This document shows, piece after piece, positions 1-9,905 of a stretch of DNA of 64,000 bases. The notes beneath the pieces were generated by a model. That model was not told the origin of the DNA. It made no database searches and saw nothing but the letters and a program-made list of their open reading frames with translations. A program made the position numbers and the translations under genes. This stretch comes from an uncultured Verrucomicrobiae bacterium. GTDB lineage: Bacteria > Verrucomicrobiota > Verrucomicrobiia > Limisphaerales > DSYF01. The stretch spans positions 42,608-106,607 of the forward strand of contig CAVVUP010000028.1 of the NCBI GenBank assembly GCA_963751435.1, read 5' to 3'. Positions within the stretch are counted from its first letter, which is position 1. Every line of letters starts with the position of its first letter.

Positions 1-778
1 GAAGCCCCCCGGATAATTCCAGGGGCGGTTTGATTTCGACTCCAATTCCACCGGCAACAGCGACAGCAGCGGTTCGCCCTCCGGGAGCCGCTTTAGGCCG
101 GTCAATTCCGTTTCCACCGGCAGCGGCAGGGAGCGCGGCTGCAATTTGCCCCAGGTGCCGCCGTCCACAGCCACCGCCGCCGCCCACGAGGCATCATCAA
201 AGTCCTCCCCCGTCCAGTCGCCCGGACGCAGCCGTCCGTCAATGACATCAGGAATGGAACTCCAGGCTCCCGGCGAGGGGCGATATTCCGTGTCGGCGCT
301 GCATCGCCAGGACGCGTCCGTGCGCAGGATCTCTTTGCCTTCCGCTTCAAGCAACGCCGTCAAGCCGGGCGCATGGCGCATGATCCGGCCATTGATCGCC
401 GGATAATGATGCACCAGCACCACCAGCGTGTTCGTGCCGGAATGCAGATACGGCGCAAGGTCCAGACTGTCGAACTCCGGGCGCTTGGGATTGAACCGGC
501 CGGGGCCGCGCAGGACGTTCGTTCCGTTCACCCAGAGCAGATAGCGCGAATCGGCGAAGAGATGCAGCGTCGCGGCTGCGGGCGCGCTGGTCGAGGTGGA
601 AGTCCTTTCGAAACGCCACATACGCCTGCTGGCCCGCCGGTGACGCGGGCGACCAGATCATGGACGTCTGCAAGGTGTCTGCCGTCCCGGCACGCAACGG
701 GCCCGCGGCGGTCAGGAGCAGAAACGGCAGGACCGGGGCCAGGCACTGGTGCCGGAAGGTGGTGGAGAATGAGTTCAT
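1..778 (-). pseudogene. Secreted glycoside-hydrolase-like protein, N-terminal part (gene runs off the window start); one frameshift near 598-603
   Basis: ORF 347..778 starts with a signal peptide (MNSF...LLLTAAGPLRA) then IWSPASPAGQQAYVAFRKDFHL. My translation of the third minus frame is open from 600 down to 1. It reads TSAPAAATLHLFADSRYLLWVNGTNVLRGPGRFNPKRPEFDSLDLAPYLHSGTNTLVVLVHHYP..., the same beta-sandwich motif (YxLWVNG...GxNxxAV) as the GH78-like gene at 25442..28231. Confidence 0.6.
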
Positions 779-835
779 CTGGAGGGGTGGTTTCTCTTCC
801 TGGACGGCTGTGGAAATGATGTGTTTACAATCCGT

Positions 836-3800
836 TTATTGAGCCGGTGGCAGTTGTGATTTGAAATGGAACGTGCCGGAACCCACGGCAAACACCGCCA
901 CCCTGCTTCCGTTTTCAAAAGCCGGCAGGCTTGGGCTTGGGCCACGGGCCGGCCCGATTCGGTGATGGTGTGGACATCCCGCGTCGGCACATGGACGGTG
1001 GCCGTTGAGTTGGCAGGAATGGAAATATCCATGACCACAGTGTCTCCGGCGCGCTGCCACCGGCTCACAATGCGGCCATAGCGGCCCGTCATGGTGCGCC
1101 TTGACCCAGGTGAGGTCGCCGACCACCGCCGGCTGGATGATGACTTTCTTGAAGCCCGGTCCCGCCGGATCCGGACGGATGCCGGCGAGTCCGTGATAGA
1201 GCCAGTTGTCCGCCGAGGTGAAGCAGGAGTGAATCTGCGACCAATACCCGTTCCACTGTTCCCACATCGTCGTGGCCCCCTGCTCCACCATGTAGCCCCA
1301 GCCGGGATAGTCCTTTTTCTGGTAGATCCCGAGCACGAGATCATCGCGGCCAATGCTGCTGAGATATTCCAGCAGGAACATCGTACCCAACATGCCGGTG
1401 TCGAGATGGCCGTTGTTCTTCTCCACAATGCAACGCATCAGGTTGTCCAGCACGGCGGCGCGTTCCGAATCGGGAGTGACGCCCATGAGCAACGGGAAGG
1501 CGTAATAAATCTGCTCGTCAATCACGTAGCGGTGGTTGGCGGCATCGTAGAAGGCCGCATGGGTGGCGGCGCGGATGGCGTCGGCGCGCTGGCGGGCGTG
1601 CTCCGCCTCGGCGGTGCGACCGAGAGCGGCCGACATCTGCTCCACCAACTGCCAGAGATGAACCCGGAAACAGTTGCAGAACAACTCGGCCATTTCCTTG
1701 TTCGGCCAGTTTTGGGTGTCCATGCCGCGGTTGGGCGGCACCCAGTCGCCGATGAACTCGAACCCGCCACCCCAGGCATGCAGCACGTCGTCCTTCGACC
1801 GTCCGTCCAGATATTCGCAATATTTCCGTGCGCCATCGAGGTTCTCCTCCAGCACGGCCGGATCGCCATAGTGCAGGTAATGCTCCCATGGAATGCGCGC
1901 GATTCCGCCCGGCCAGGGCGGACCGCCCCCGCCTTTCTCGAACGGCGGCGCGACGTAAGGCAGATAACCCCGCCGCATCTCCAGTCCCAGCCGCCAGTCC
2001 TGCGCCCACTTGGAATAGAAGCTCGCGGCATCGAAGTTCATCATCATGCCCTGGATCGCCACCTGGCCGTCGCCGTAGCCCATGCGTTCGCGGGTGGGGC
2101 AGTCCACATAGTAGCTGCCGAGATTCAGACAGCGCTGCGTCCATCGGTTGACCGTGTGAATGCGGTTGAGCAGCGGATCGGAACAGGCGAACGCCCCCGC
2201 GTCGGACAGCGCGCTCTCGACCAGCAAGGCGACCGCGTCCTCATTCGCCGGCGCACGATCGAGGCCTTCGACAACCACGTAGCGGAATCCGGCGTAGTTG
2301 AACCGGTTGCGGAACATCTCGCCGGGTTGCCCGGAGGAAACGAACTCGCTGGTCTGCCGATAGGTCTGATAGGAATTGTGCCCGCCGCCAATCCGGGCGA
2401 AATCAACACAGCTCTGCCGGCTGATGGCGATGTTGCCGATCGGCGAAGCCTGCACGCCGTCGGGAAACAGGCGGTCGGCGAAATGCATCCGCACCAGACG
2501 TCCGGCGGGAAGTCCGGACATCTTCAACTGCAGCCAACCGGTCAGGTTGCGGCCGAAATCAATCTCGTATCGGCCCTCCGCCAGCGGCGTGATCGAGACG
2601 GGGGCGATCTGCTCGCCAATGCGGTTGGCCGGCGCGGCATGCCAGACGCCCGCCCCGTCCGGCGCGGCGGCATCGGCCACCGGCGACCATCCGGCGGAAT
2701 CAAGCCCCGCCCTGGCCCAATCGGCAATGAAGCGGCCGGCATCCAGATGCTCGCCGCCGAAATTGTGCCAGCTCCAGCCGCCGATATGGCTGAGGTTGCT
2801 GGGCCGGCTCCGCCAGTGCGGTCCGGTGCCGAACGTGAACGGCCGGCTGCCGACCACGGCATCGAGTTGGACGCGCAGCACCAGGTTGTCCGCCCATCCC
2901 TTGGCCGCCCAGATCCCCAGACAGTTCTTTCCGCGCTTCAGCAGCCGGGCCACGTCATACGTCACCACGAACGTGCGGTCGCGCGTGTCCGAAACCGCCG
3001 GCATCAGCACATCGTCGCCGACCTTCTCCCCGTTCACATGCAACTCGAAATAGGCCGGCGAATGGACCGTCACCAACGCTGACTCCGGTGTGGACGGCAG
3101 ATCGAATTCTCCCCGGAACCACGGCGCGGGCACGCCCGGCGCAGCCTGCGGAATGGCAAGCATTTCGAAATCCCGGGCGCGCGACACACCCAACTGGGCG
3201 CCCAGCGTATATTCCACCACCAGTTCCTTGACGATATTGGGCGCGGGATCGCCGCCGAGCTGGTTGAATTCCACCTTGAACGGGAACCGTTTTTCCTCCG
3301 CCACCCGCTTCAGGAAGGGCGTGACATCCACCGCAACTTTTCCATCGATCGTGCGATAGGTGGCCTTGGTCACAACCACACCCGTCGGCGTGGACGCTGG
3401 TTCGGATCCCGCGGCGATCCACTTTGCCTGCCAATCCTCGGGCTTGAGCAGGCCCATCGTCCACTGGGCGGGTTCGCTCCACGCGGAGCGTTTGCCGTCC
3501 TTGTCCCACACGCGGACTTTCCAATGGCACTGCGTCCGCGAGGCGAGGGGCTTGCCGGCGTAGGCCAGCCGGAGGCTTTGATCCGATAGAACTTTGCCAC
3601 TGTCCCAGAGGTCGCCTTCTTCGGCGGCGAGCTTTTTCGGCATCGAGGCGACGAGAATCTGATACGCGGTCTGCCGCTGGTCTTTGACCGGCTCGCCGTT
3701 CCTCTGGTTGTCCTCCATCCGCCAACTCAACTGCGGTTGGGCGATGTCCACGCCGAGCGGCGCGGCCACAGTATCGCAGCGAAGGTCCTTAACCTCCGCA

Positions 3801-3991
3801 GCGGGAAGCAAGGTGGCGCTCGCAAGAAGGGCCAGGCCGGATATTCCACACCGCGCACGAAACGCCGAGAGATTGGAGCGCCGGTGTGCAACCGGCTTGG
3901 GACCATCTGGCAGCGAAAAGCCGGCTGCAAGCCGGCGCTCCGACGAAGCGGTGTGAAATGTCCGGGCCAAGAGGCAAGAGAGAGGTTTCAT
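836..3991 (-). CDS. alpha-L-rhamnosidase, GH78; about 51 C-terminal codons are read out of frame between two compensating indels (~1083 and ~929)
   Basis: 1051-aa ORF. It has the Bac_rhamnosid N-terminal signature (VKDLRCD..PQLSWRMEDN..RQTAYQILVAS..LWDSGKV..CHWKVRVWD), YFELHVNGEKVGDDVL, and the six-hairpin motif DCPTRERMGYGDGQ. It is a paralog of the 6147..9905 N-terminal half. Confidence 0.85.
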   Translation of the reverse strand: MKPLSCLLARTFHTASSERRLAAGFSLPDGPKPVAHRRSNLSAFRARCGISGLALLASATLLPAAEVKDLRCDTVAAPLGVDIAQPQLSWRMEDNQRNGEPVKDQRQTAYQILVASMPKKLAAEEGDLWDSGKVLSDQSLRLAYAGKPLASRTQCHWKVRVWDKDGKRSAWSEPAQWTMGLLKPEDWQAKWIAAGSEPASTPTGVVVTKATYRTIDGKVAVDVTPFLKRVAEEKRFPFKVEFNQLGGDPAPNIVKELVVEYTLGAQLGVSRARDFEMLAIPQAAPGVPAPWFRGEFDLPSTPESALVTVHSPAYFELHVNGEKVGDDVLMPAVSDTRDRTFVVTYDVARLLKRGKNCLGIWAAKGWADNLVLRVQLDAVVGSRPFTFGTGPHWRSRPSNLSHIGGWSWHNFGGEHLDAGRFIADWARAGLDSAGWSPVADAAAPDGAGVWHAAPANRIGEQIAPVSITPLAEGRYEIDFGRNLTGWLQLKMSGLPAGRLVRMHFADRLFPDGVQASPIGNIAISRQSCVDFARIGGGHNSYQTYRQTSEFVSSGQPGEMFRNRFNYAGFRYVVVEGLDRAPANEDAVALLVESALSDAGAFACSDPLLNRIHTVNRWTQRCLNLGSYYVDCPTRERMGYGDGQVAIQGMMMNFDAASFYSKWAQDWRLGLEMRRGYLPYVAPPFEKGGGGPPWPGGIARIPWEHYLHYGDPAVLEENLDGARKYCEYLDGRSKDDVLHAWGGGFEFIGDWVPPNRGMDTQNWPNKEMAELFCNCFRVHLWQLVEQMSAALGRTAEAEHARQRADAIRAATHAAFYDAANHRYVIDEQIYYAFPLLMGVTPDSERAAVLDNLMRCIVEKNNGHLDTGMLGTMFLLEYLSSIGRDDLVLGIYQKKDYPGWGYMVEQGATTMWEQWNGYWSQIHSCFTSADNWLYHGLAGIRPDPAGPGFKKVIIQPAVVGDLTWVKAHHDGPLWPHCEPVAARRRHCGHGYFHSCQLNGHRPCADAGCPHHHRIGPARGPSPSLPAFENGSRVAVFAVGSGTFHFKSQLPPAQ

Positions 3992-4010
3992 AAAATGGAA
4001 AAGAGAGGTT

Positions 4011-6346
4011 TCAGAATGTTCCGACTGGAATCAGGCGCACCGGACCGAGCAGACCAGAGGCGACGAGCGGGTCACTTTTATTCCACAGCCTCCAACTGGT
4101 GAAGGTGTGGCGGCCGGTCGGGCTGGGCTTGCCGTCCAGCAGCCATTGCGGCCAGGCCTTCAAGGTGCCGTTGGTATTGCGGTCGCTCTCCTCCGGCAAA
4201 AGTTCGTCGCCGATCTGGCAATTAACCCAGAGGTTGACCGCCTTCACCTCGATCGTGTTCACGCCGGGTTTCAGCCGCCCGGTTACATCCACCCGGTAGG
4301 GCGACTTCCACAGCACGCCGAGCTTCTCGCCGTTGAGCGTCACCTCGGCCATCACTTCCACCCGCCCGAGATCGAGGAGAACCCGTTGTCCGGTCGCAAC
4401 GCGCGGCGCTTTGAAGGTCGCGCGGTAGATGGCCGCGCCGGAGTAATGGCGGATGCCGTCCTCGGGGCGCCGGCTCCAATCCTCCAATGTGGCGAAGACG
4501 ACCTTTTCCGGTCCGCCCCACTTCGGATCGAAACTCACCTCCCACGGGCCGGCGATCTCAAACGGTTCCGGCAACGAAACCTGAACCGTCCGGCTCCGTC
4601 CGCTTGCGGTCGTGAATACATACTGGCCGTCCTGCCAGATTTCGCGACGGCAAGGATCCAGCGCCGGCGTTGGGGGCGCCACCGTGATGTTGAACTGGAT
4701 GGTGTCCGTATCCGTCCCGGCAGCCTGCATAACTTGGTCGCCAACGGAATATTCCACAGCCAGCGTCTTGACCACCTTGAAGGCAGGGTCATCGCCCCGC
4801 GCCATTTCTTTCACGGGAAGAACGGTCGTGCCGGCATCCACGAATGCCTGCACTTTTTCACGCACGTCGCGGGTCCGTTGCGGATCGTCGAGCACACCGT
4901 AGCGCGCCTTTTGGATGACAATCTTCGGCGCGGGCGGGGTTGCCAGCCAAACCGGTTTGCCGTCGCGTGTGACGCCAGCAATCGGATCAACTCCCGTGGC
5001 CGGCTTGCGGAACACGACAAACACCGACCCGTGCGGTTCCAGCCGCAGGGGCACTTTTGTGACGCCATCCTTTTGTTCAAATGCCAACGCCATCGCGGTC
5101 CGTCCGGTATCCGGCCACCAGAACTCGGGCTGCCGTCCGGTGATGCGAAACAAAGCCATTGCCTCAATGTCGTGCGGCTCGGGATTCGCGACGAAATAGA
5201 TCTCCGCATCCCCGGTGCTGCGGTGGATGTGGCGGAGGTTCGGCCTGGCGGCAAAGTCGGGCTTCACGCCGCGCGAGGCCAAATACTCCGCGGCGGTCAT
5301 GCCCGTGACCAGCCTCGGCCAGAGTTCAGCGGCGAGTTTCGCCACTTCGGCGTCGCCCGCCCCCAGATCGGCAAGGCTTGGTGAACGACGCGGCGGCTTC
5401 GCATCGCCGAGGATGGTCGCCCCGCAGTCCACGAGTTCCTTGATCTTGCGCAAGAGGCGCGGCGTGGCCGTCTCCATCGGCGGCAGGACGAGCACGCGGT
5501 AGCTCATGCCGTCGGGCAGCACGAGGCCACCGTCCCTCACGCTGACGCGGGTCAGCAGCGCCTCAATTGTGCAGCCGTCGAAGTTGTAGCCGCCGCGAAG
5601 GTTCGGGGCGAGCCAGACATCCGCCGGCGGCTCGAACCGACGCGGCGCGCCTTCCGGCTGGAGATAGAGGACATCGGCGACGAACAATCCCTGCCGCAGC
5701 AAATACTGGCAGCGCGCCAGATACTCATGCCACGCCTTCGACTGCTCCCACCACGTCTGCGTGCGCTCGTAATGCAGACCCCACGGTCCCATGGACATGC
5801 CGGGCGCACGATTGGTCCACGGCTGCGCGGCGTAGCGGTGGATGACAAAGCGGTTGATGCCCTCACAGAACGCCCAGTCACCGAGGTCCTTGAGGTTGCC
5901 GGGATGGCCGAGCCATTTTTCCTCCTTATTGGAGGTGAACGCTTCGGCGGCGAGAATCCGTTTGCCGTAAACGTGCGCCGCCGAAGCCATCACCCGGGTC
6001 CATTCGCCCCCGCGAATCTCTGCCAGGCCCAAAACTCGCCCATCGGCTCGTCGGCCTGGCCGCCGTACGCCATCTCGTCCGCAGGCACACGGTCGTAGGC
6101 CTCGATGGACAGCCGCAGACCGTCCCGGTTTGCCAGCCGGCGCATTTCACCGGCGTAATTTTCCGCAATCAAGTCGGAGACCGTCTGCCGCAAATCCCAG
6201 AGGAAACGTTCTGTCACCTCGACGCCGTCCACCACACGGCCCGTGAACGTCGGCAGGAACAGCAGCGGGTCGTAACCGCACCGCGCCCGGAACTCCTCGC
6301 GCATTCTTCGGCGTCCAGTTCTGAACGCCCACCTCCCAACTATCAA
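4011..6346 (-). pseudogene. C-terminal two thirds of a GH106-like glycosidase, separated from ORF 6147..9905 by frameshifts at ~6306 and ~6030
   Basis: ORF 5990..6346 (MREEFRARCGYDPLLFLPTFTGRVV...EPMGEFWAW) and ORF 4011..6032 (AEIRGG..ASAAHVYGKRILAAEAFTS...GDWAFCEGINRFVIH...VTLNGEKLGVLWKSPYRVDVT) align colinearly with the intact paralog 11977..15042 (REDFQKTYGYDPRPYLP...SGEFWLG...SSAAHVYGKSPVWAEAFTS...VRVNGREFPTLWTYPYQVDIT). Confidence 0.8.
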
Positions 6347-9300
6347 TGTGCGTCGCCACCAGCGTCTTGTCCTGCCCGGCCAGCGCCCGGTGTTCAGCGA
6401 CCAGTTGGCCCATCAGGTTGGCGTAATGAAAAGCCGTGGCCTCGCGGCTGAACTTGTCGCACTCCAGGCCGCGACCAGATTCCGGCGCGGGACTATTTTG
6501 CTGACCGGTGGTGGTGTGTCCGAAACGGAGCACGAGCCATTTACCCGGCGGCACGCCCCACGCCAGCCGCCCGTCCTGGTCCATCCGCGCTGAGAGATCA
6601 AGGATGCCGCTGCGGGGAACCACTGCTTTTGCGGGAGCCTCCGCAAACCCAGCCGGCTGCGAGGGCAGGAAGTTTTTCTTCTGGAAAACGGCCTTGTGCG
6701 CGATGTCCGCAATTCGGAAATCGTCGTCCGGTGCCGGCATCGCGAACACCGCGATGTCGCGGTAGAAACCGCGTTCGGCCTTGGGCGGTGCCAGCACGCC
6801 GTGGAACTGGCGCCCGCCCTCCAGCGTCGTCTCGCTCCAAACGACCTTCTGCATGGAGAGTTCCGGCGTGATCCACGGTCCGCCGCTCCCGCACCAGCCG
6901 GCGTCGTTGTTCATGCTGACCTCAAGACCCAGCCGCCGGGCCTCCGCACAGAGGTGCGCGAACAGTTCGCGCCAAAGCGGGCCGGCGAAATCCGCCGGTC
7001 CTCTTGGCGTCCCCTGATCCACCTCCATGTAAATCAAGCCGCCAATGCCGACGCGCGCCATCGCCTCGAGGTCGGCGGTGATTCCCTCCCTGGTCAGGTT
7101 GCCGCTGAGGGGAAACCAATACACCCACGGCCGCGCGGCCGCCGGCGGCGCGCCAAAATGCTTCTCTAAATCCTCCGCCGCCCCGTCCCCGCCGCTCGGC
7201 GGCATCAGCCGCTCCCCACGCCGCTCGGCCGGCACCTGCGCCCCGCCTTTGGCCAGCGGCACTGTCCACGAATGCCGGCCGGAACCGGCCTCGCGTTTGG
7301 AGCCGTCAGGCAGAAACACTGTCGCGGTGCTGTTCGGCGGAACCACGACCTCCAGCGTGAAGACGCCATCCGCCGCCTTTTTCCAATCCACAGCGATGCG
7401 GCCGTAGGGACCGTCGTGATGGGCCTTGACCCAGGTCACGTCGCCGACGACAGCGGGCTGGATGATGACCTGCTTGAAGCCCGGCGCGGCGGGGTCGGGC
7501 CGGATGCCAGCCAGGCCCTCATAAAACCAGGCGCCGGGCGTGCCGGTAACCAGGATGATCTGACTGCCCCAACCGGTCCACGTTTCCGGCCAAGTCGTGA
7601 CCTTGCGTTTCTCCTCGAGAAAGCCCCAACTCGGATACGTCGTCTGGGCCATCATCGTCGCCACCAGATCATTCCGGTTCTCCCGGGCCAGCAAATCCAG
7701 CATCAGCGGCGTGCCCAGCATGCCGGTGTCGAGATGTCCCTGCTTCGCGGCAATCGCGTCCTCCAGTTGCTTCAGGATCACCGGCCGCAATGCGCCGGGC
7801 ATGATCCGGGCCTGCAAGGCGGCGACGAGGTAGGCTTGACGGGTGCAGCGGTAACCCTTCTTTTCCGGGTCGAACCAGGCCTTGTGGATGAGCGGCCGGA
7901 TCGCAGCCAGGCGGTCGTTGCAATGCTTCACATCAGCCTGGTCACCGAGGGCGGCTGCGAAGTCGGCCAGTTGCTGCCAGAGCACCACGCGATAGCAGTT
8001 GTTGAAGAACTCCTGCTCGTCGCGGGTCTCGAAGACGAACCCGTGTTTGTCCTCCGATTCCACCGGGGAAACCCAGTCGCCCAGAAACCACTCGCTGTTC
8101 CTACCGTAAGGGCAGTAGTAGCGCAGGATGTCGTCCTGGGTGTGCGTCTCGATGAAGTCCACATAACGCCTCAGCGCCGGATACGCCTCGGCGACGGCAC
8201 GCTTATCACCGTAGTAGAACAGCAAACGCCGGGCGAGTTCGCTGGCCTGCCCGCCCCACGGCGGCCCGCCGCCGTGATCGACGTGACGGGGGGCGGTGTG
8301 GGCGATGAAACCGTCCTCGCGCTGGGTGTCGCGCCAGTCGTTGAGCCATTTCCGGAAATAGGCCGCGCTCTCGAAGTTGTAGAGGAAGCCGGTGAGAAAC
8401 GCGCCGCCGTCACCGTAGCCTTCCTTTTCGCGGCTCTCGCCGGCACCGAGCACGCCGTTCGGCGTCTGCGTTTTGTAGGTCGCCACCGTGATGCCGTGGA
8501 TGCGGTTGAACAACTCATTTGAACAACGAAATTCCCCGGACGGCGCGAGATCCGTCATGATGGGCAGCGCCTCGGCCTCGTCCGGTTTTGGCGTGCGGGT
8601 CAACCCGCCAATCACCACATAACGAAAGGCGTGCTGGTTGAACTTGCTGCAAAAGACATCCTCCGATTGGCCGCCCGCGACATAGATGTCCCGCTGGTTG
8701 AAGGTCTGGAAGCCATCGGGGTTGGGCATGTGCTGGAGTTTCGGCTGGTCGAGATCGGCGTAGTCCAAAACGATTTCCTGCCCCGGTTTGAGCCCGGCGA
8801 GTTTCAGCCGCATCCAGCCGGTCAGCGTCGTTCCGAAATCAATCACCCACTTGCCATTGACCTGATAAATTTTGGCGGGCGCAATCGGCTTTCCGATCCG
8901 GTTCGGCGGCATCGCCAGCCAGCAGTGGGTGACCGCCGGCGCAGCCACTTCCCGGGCGGGAGACCAGCCGCTGTCGTCGAGCGCGGACCGATTCCAGTCC
9001 GCGACACATTTCGCCGCGTCCCACCGCTCGCCGCCCATGTCATTCCAGCCCCAGTTGCCGACCTGGCTGAGGCAACTGTCCACCGTGCGCCACGACGCAT
9101 CGGTGCCGATGACAGTGTGGCCAGCCCCAGTTTGGATTTCGAGTTGGGCGCGCACGATGGGCGAGTTGTGAGGATTGCCGTAGCGCGGTTGATACCAGCC
9201 CGGCGCGAGCCAGAGCGCGACGGTGTTCGTTCCCCGCTGCAACGAGCCGGCGACGTCATGCACCGTGTAAAACATGCGCTTGGGAAAATGCGAATACGCC

Positions 9301-9905
9301 GGCGCGAGGACATCGTCGCCGACTTTCTGACCGTTGAGGTAAAGCTCATACAGGCCCGGCGTGTTGACGAAAACTTGGGCGCGTTTGACGTCGGACGACA
9401 CAACGAACGTGCGGCGCAGCCAGGGATAGGAAATCCCATTGGTGGCCGGATGAACAATCCATTGCGCCTGCCAATCCTCCGGTTTGAGCAGGCCCATCGT
9501 CCACTCGGTGGGTTCGCTCCAAGCGGAACGCTTGTCGTCCTTGTCCCAGAGGCGGACTTTCCAATGGCACCGCGTCCGCGAGGCGAGCGGTTTGCCGGCG
9601 TAGGCCACCCGGAGGCTTTGGTCTGAGAGCACCTTGCCGCTGTCCCAGAGGTCGCCCTTGTTGGCGGCAAGTTGCTGTGGCGTCGAGGCCACGAGAATTT
9701 GATACGCGATCTGGCGCTGATCTTTGACCGGCTCGCCGTTCGCCCGGTTGTCCTCCATCCGCCAGCTCAACTGCGGTTGCGCCATGTCCACGCCTGCCGG
9801 CGCGGCCAGGTCCTCACAGCGAAGGTCTTTGACCACGGCCGCTGGAAGGAGGGCAGCCGTGGCAATGAACGTCAGGATGCAGAGTAAAGTTCTTATAAAA
9901 TTCAA
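6147..9905 (-). CDS. GH78 alpha-L-rhamnosidase fused in frame to the N-terminus of a GH106-like glycosidase (ORF ends prematurely at a frameshift)
   Basis: 1252-aa ORF with a TTG start overlapping the GH127 stop (TTGA). Residues 1-~880 are GH78, a paralog of 836..3991. After the linker GGAQVPAERRGERLMPPSGGDGAAE it continues as DLEKHFGAPPAAARPWVYWFPLSGNLTREGITADLEAMARVGIGG. This matches the mature N-terminus of 11977..15042 (LERDFRNPPETTQPRCYWYWF..SKEGITRDLEAMKRVGIGG). Confidence 0.8.
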   Translation of the reverse strand: MNFIRTLLCILTFIATAALLPAAVVKDLRCEDLAAPAGVDMAQPQLSWRMEDNRANGEPVKDQRQIAYQILVASTPQQLAANKGDLWDSGKVLSDQSLRVAYAGKPLASRTRCHWKVRLWDKDDKRSAWSEPTEWTMGLLKPEDWQAQWIVHPATNGISYPWLRRTFVVSSDVKRAQVFVNTPGLYELYLNGQKVGDDVLAPAYSHFPKRMFYTVHDVAGSLQRGTNTVALWLAPGWYQPRYGNPHNSPIVRAQLEIQTGAGHTVIGTDASWRTVDSCLSQVGNWGWNDMGGERWDAAKCVADWNRSALDDSGWSPAREVAAPAVTHCWLAMPPNRIGKPIAPAKIYQVNGKWVIDFGTTLTGWMRLKLAGLKPGQEIVLDYADLDQPKLQHMPNPDGFQTFNQRDIYVAGGQSEDVFCSKFNQHAFRYVVIGGLTRTPKPDEAEALPIMTDLAPSGEFRCSNELFNRIHGITVATYKTQTPNGVLGAGESREKEGYGDGGAFLTGFLYNFESAAYFRKWLNDWRDTQREDGFIAHTAPRHVDHGGGPPWGGQASELARRLLFYYGDKRAVAEAYPALRRYVDFIETHTQDDILRYYCPYGRNSEWFLGDWVSPVESEDKHGFVFETRDEQEFFNNCYRVVLWQQLADFAAALGDQADVKHCNDRLAAIRPLIHKAWFDPEKKGYRCTRQAYLVAALQARIMPGALRPVILKQLEDAIAAKQGHLDTGMLGTPLMLDLLARENRNDLVATMMAQTTYPSWGFLEEKRKVTTWPETWTGWGSQIILVTGTPGAWFYEGLAGIRPDPAAPGFKQVIIQPAVVGDVTWVKAHHDGPYGRIAVDWKKAADGVFTLEVVVPPNSTATVFLPDGSKREAGSGRHSWTVPLAKGGAQVPAERRGERLMPPSGGDGAAEDLEKHFGAPPAAARPWVYWFPLSGNLTREGITADLEAMARVGIGGLIYMEVDQGTPRGPADFAGPLWRELFAHLCAEARRLGLEVSMNNDAGWCGSGGPWITPELSMQKVVWSETTLEGGRQFHGVLAPPKAERGFYRDIAVFAMPAPDDDFRIADIAHKAVFQKKNFLPSQPAGFAEAPAKAVVPRSGILDLSARMDQDGRLAWGVPPGKWLVLRFGHTTTGQQNSPAPESGRGLECDKFSREATAFHYANLMGQLVAEHRALAGQDKTLVATHIDSWEVGVQNWTPKNARGVPGAVRLRPAAVPADVHGPCGGRRRGDRTFPLGFAADGLRLDCGKLRR

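Noticed and set aside
1091-3082. Very long antisense ORFs opposite real genes (for example 1091..3082, 7272..8522, 19750..21789, 21850..24030, 25445..27277, 39569..41998, 58879..60054)
   Set aside because: Each lies antisense to a gene with strong family signatures. Their translations are Arg/Gly/Ala/Pro-rich low-complexity sequence, the usual stop-codon-poor shadow frames of high-GC DNA.
7141-7330. Hidden stop codon or separate start with signal peptide between the GH78 and GH106-like modules
   Set aside because: I translated all three minus-strand frames. The main frame is open, and the other two terminate quickly and encode no hydrophobic leader. In this sequence the two modules are therefore fused.
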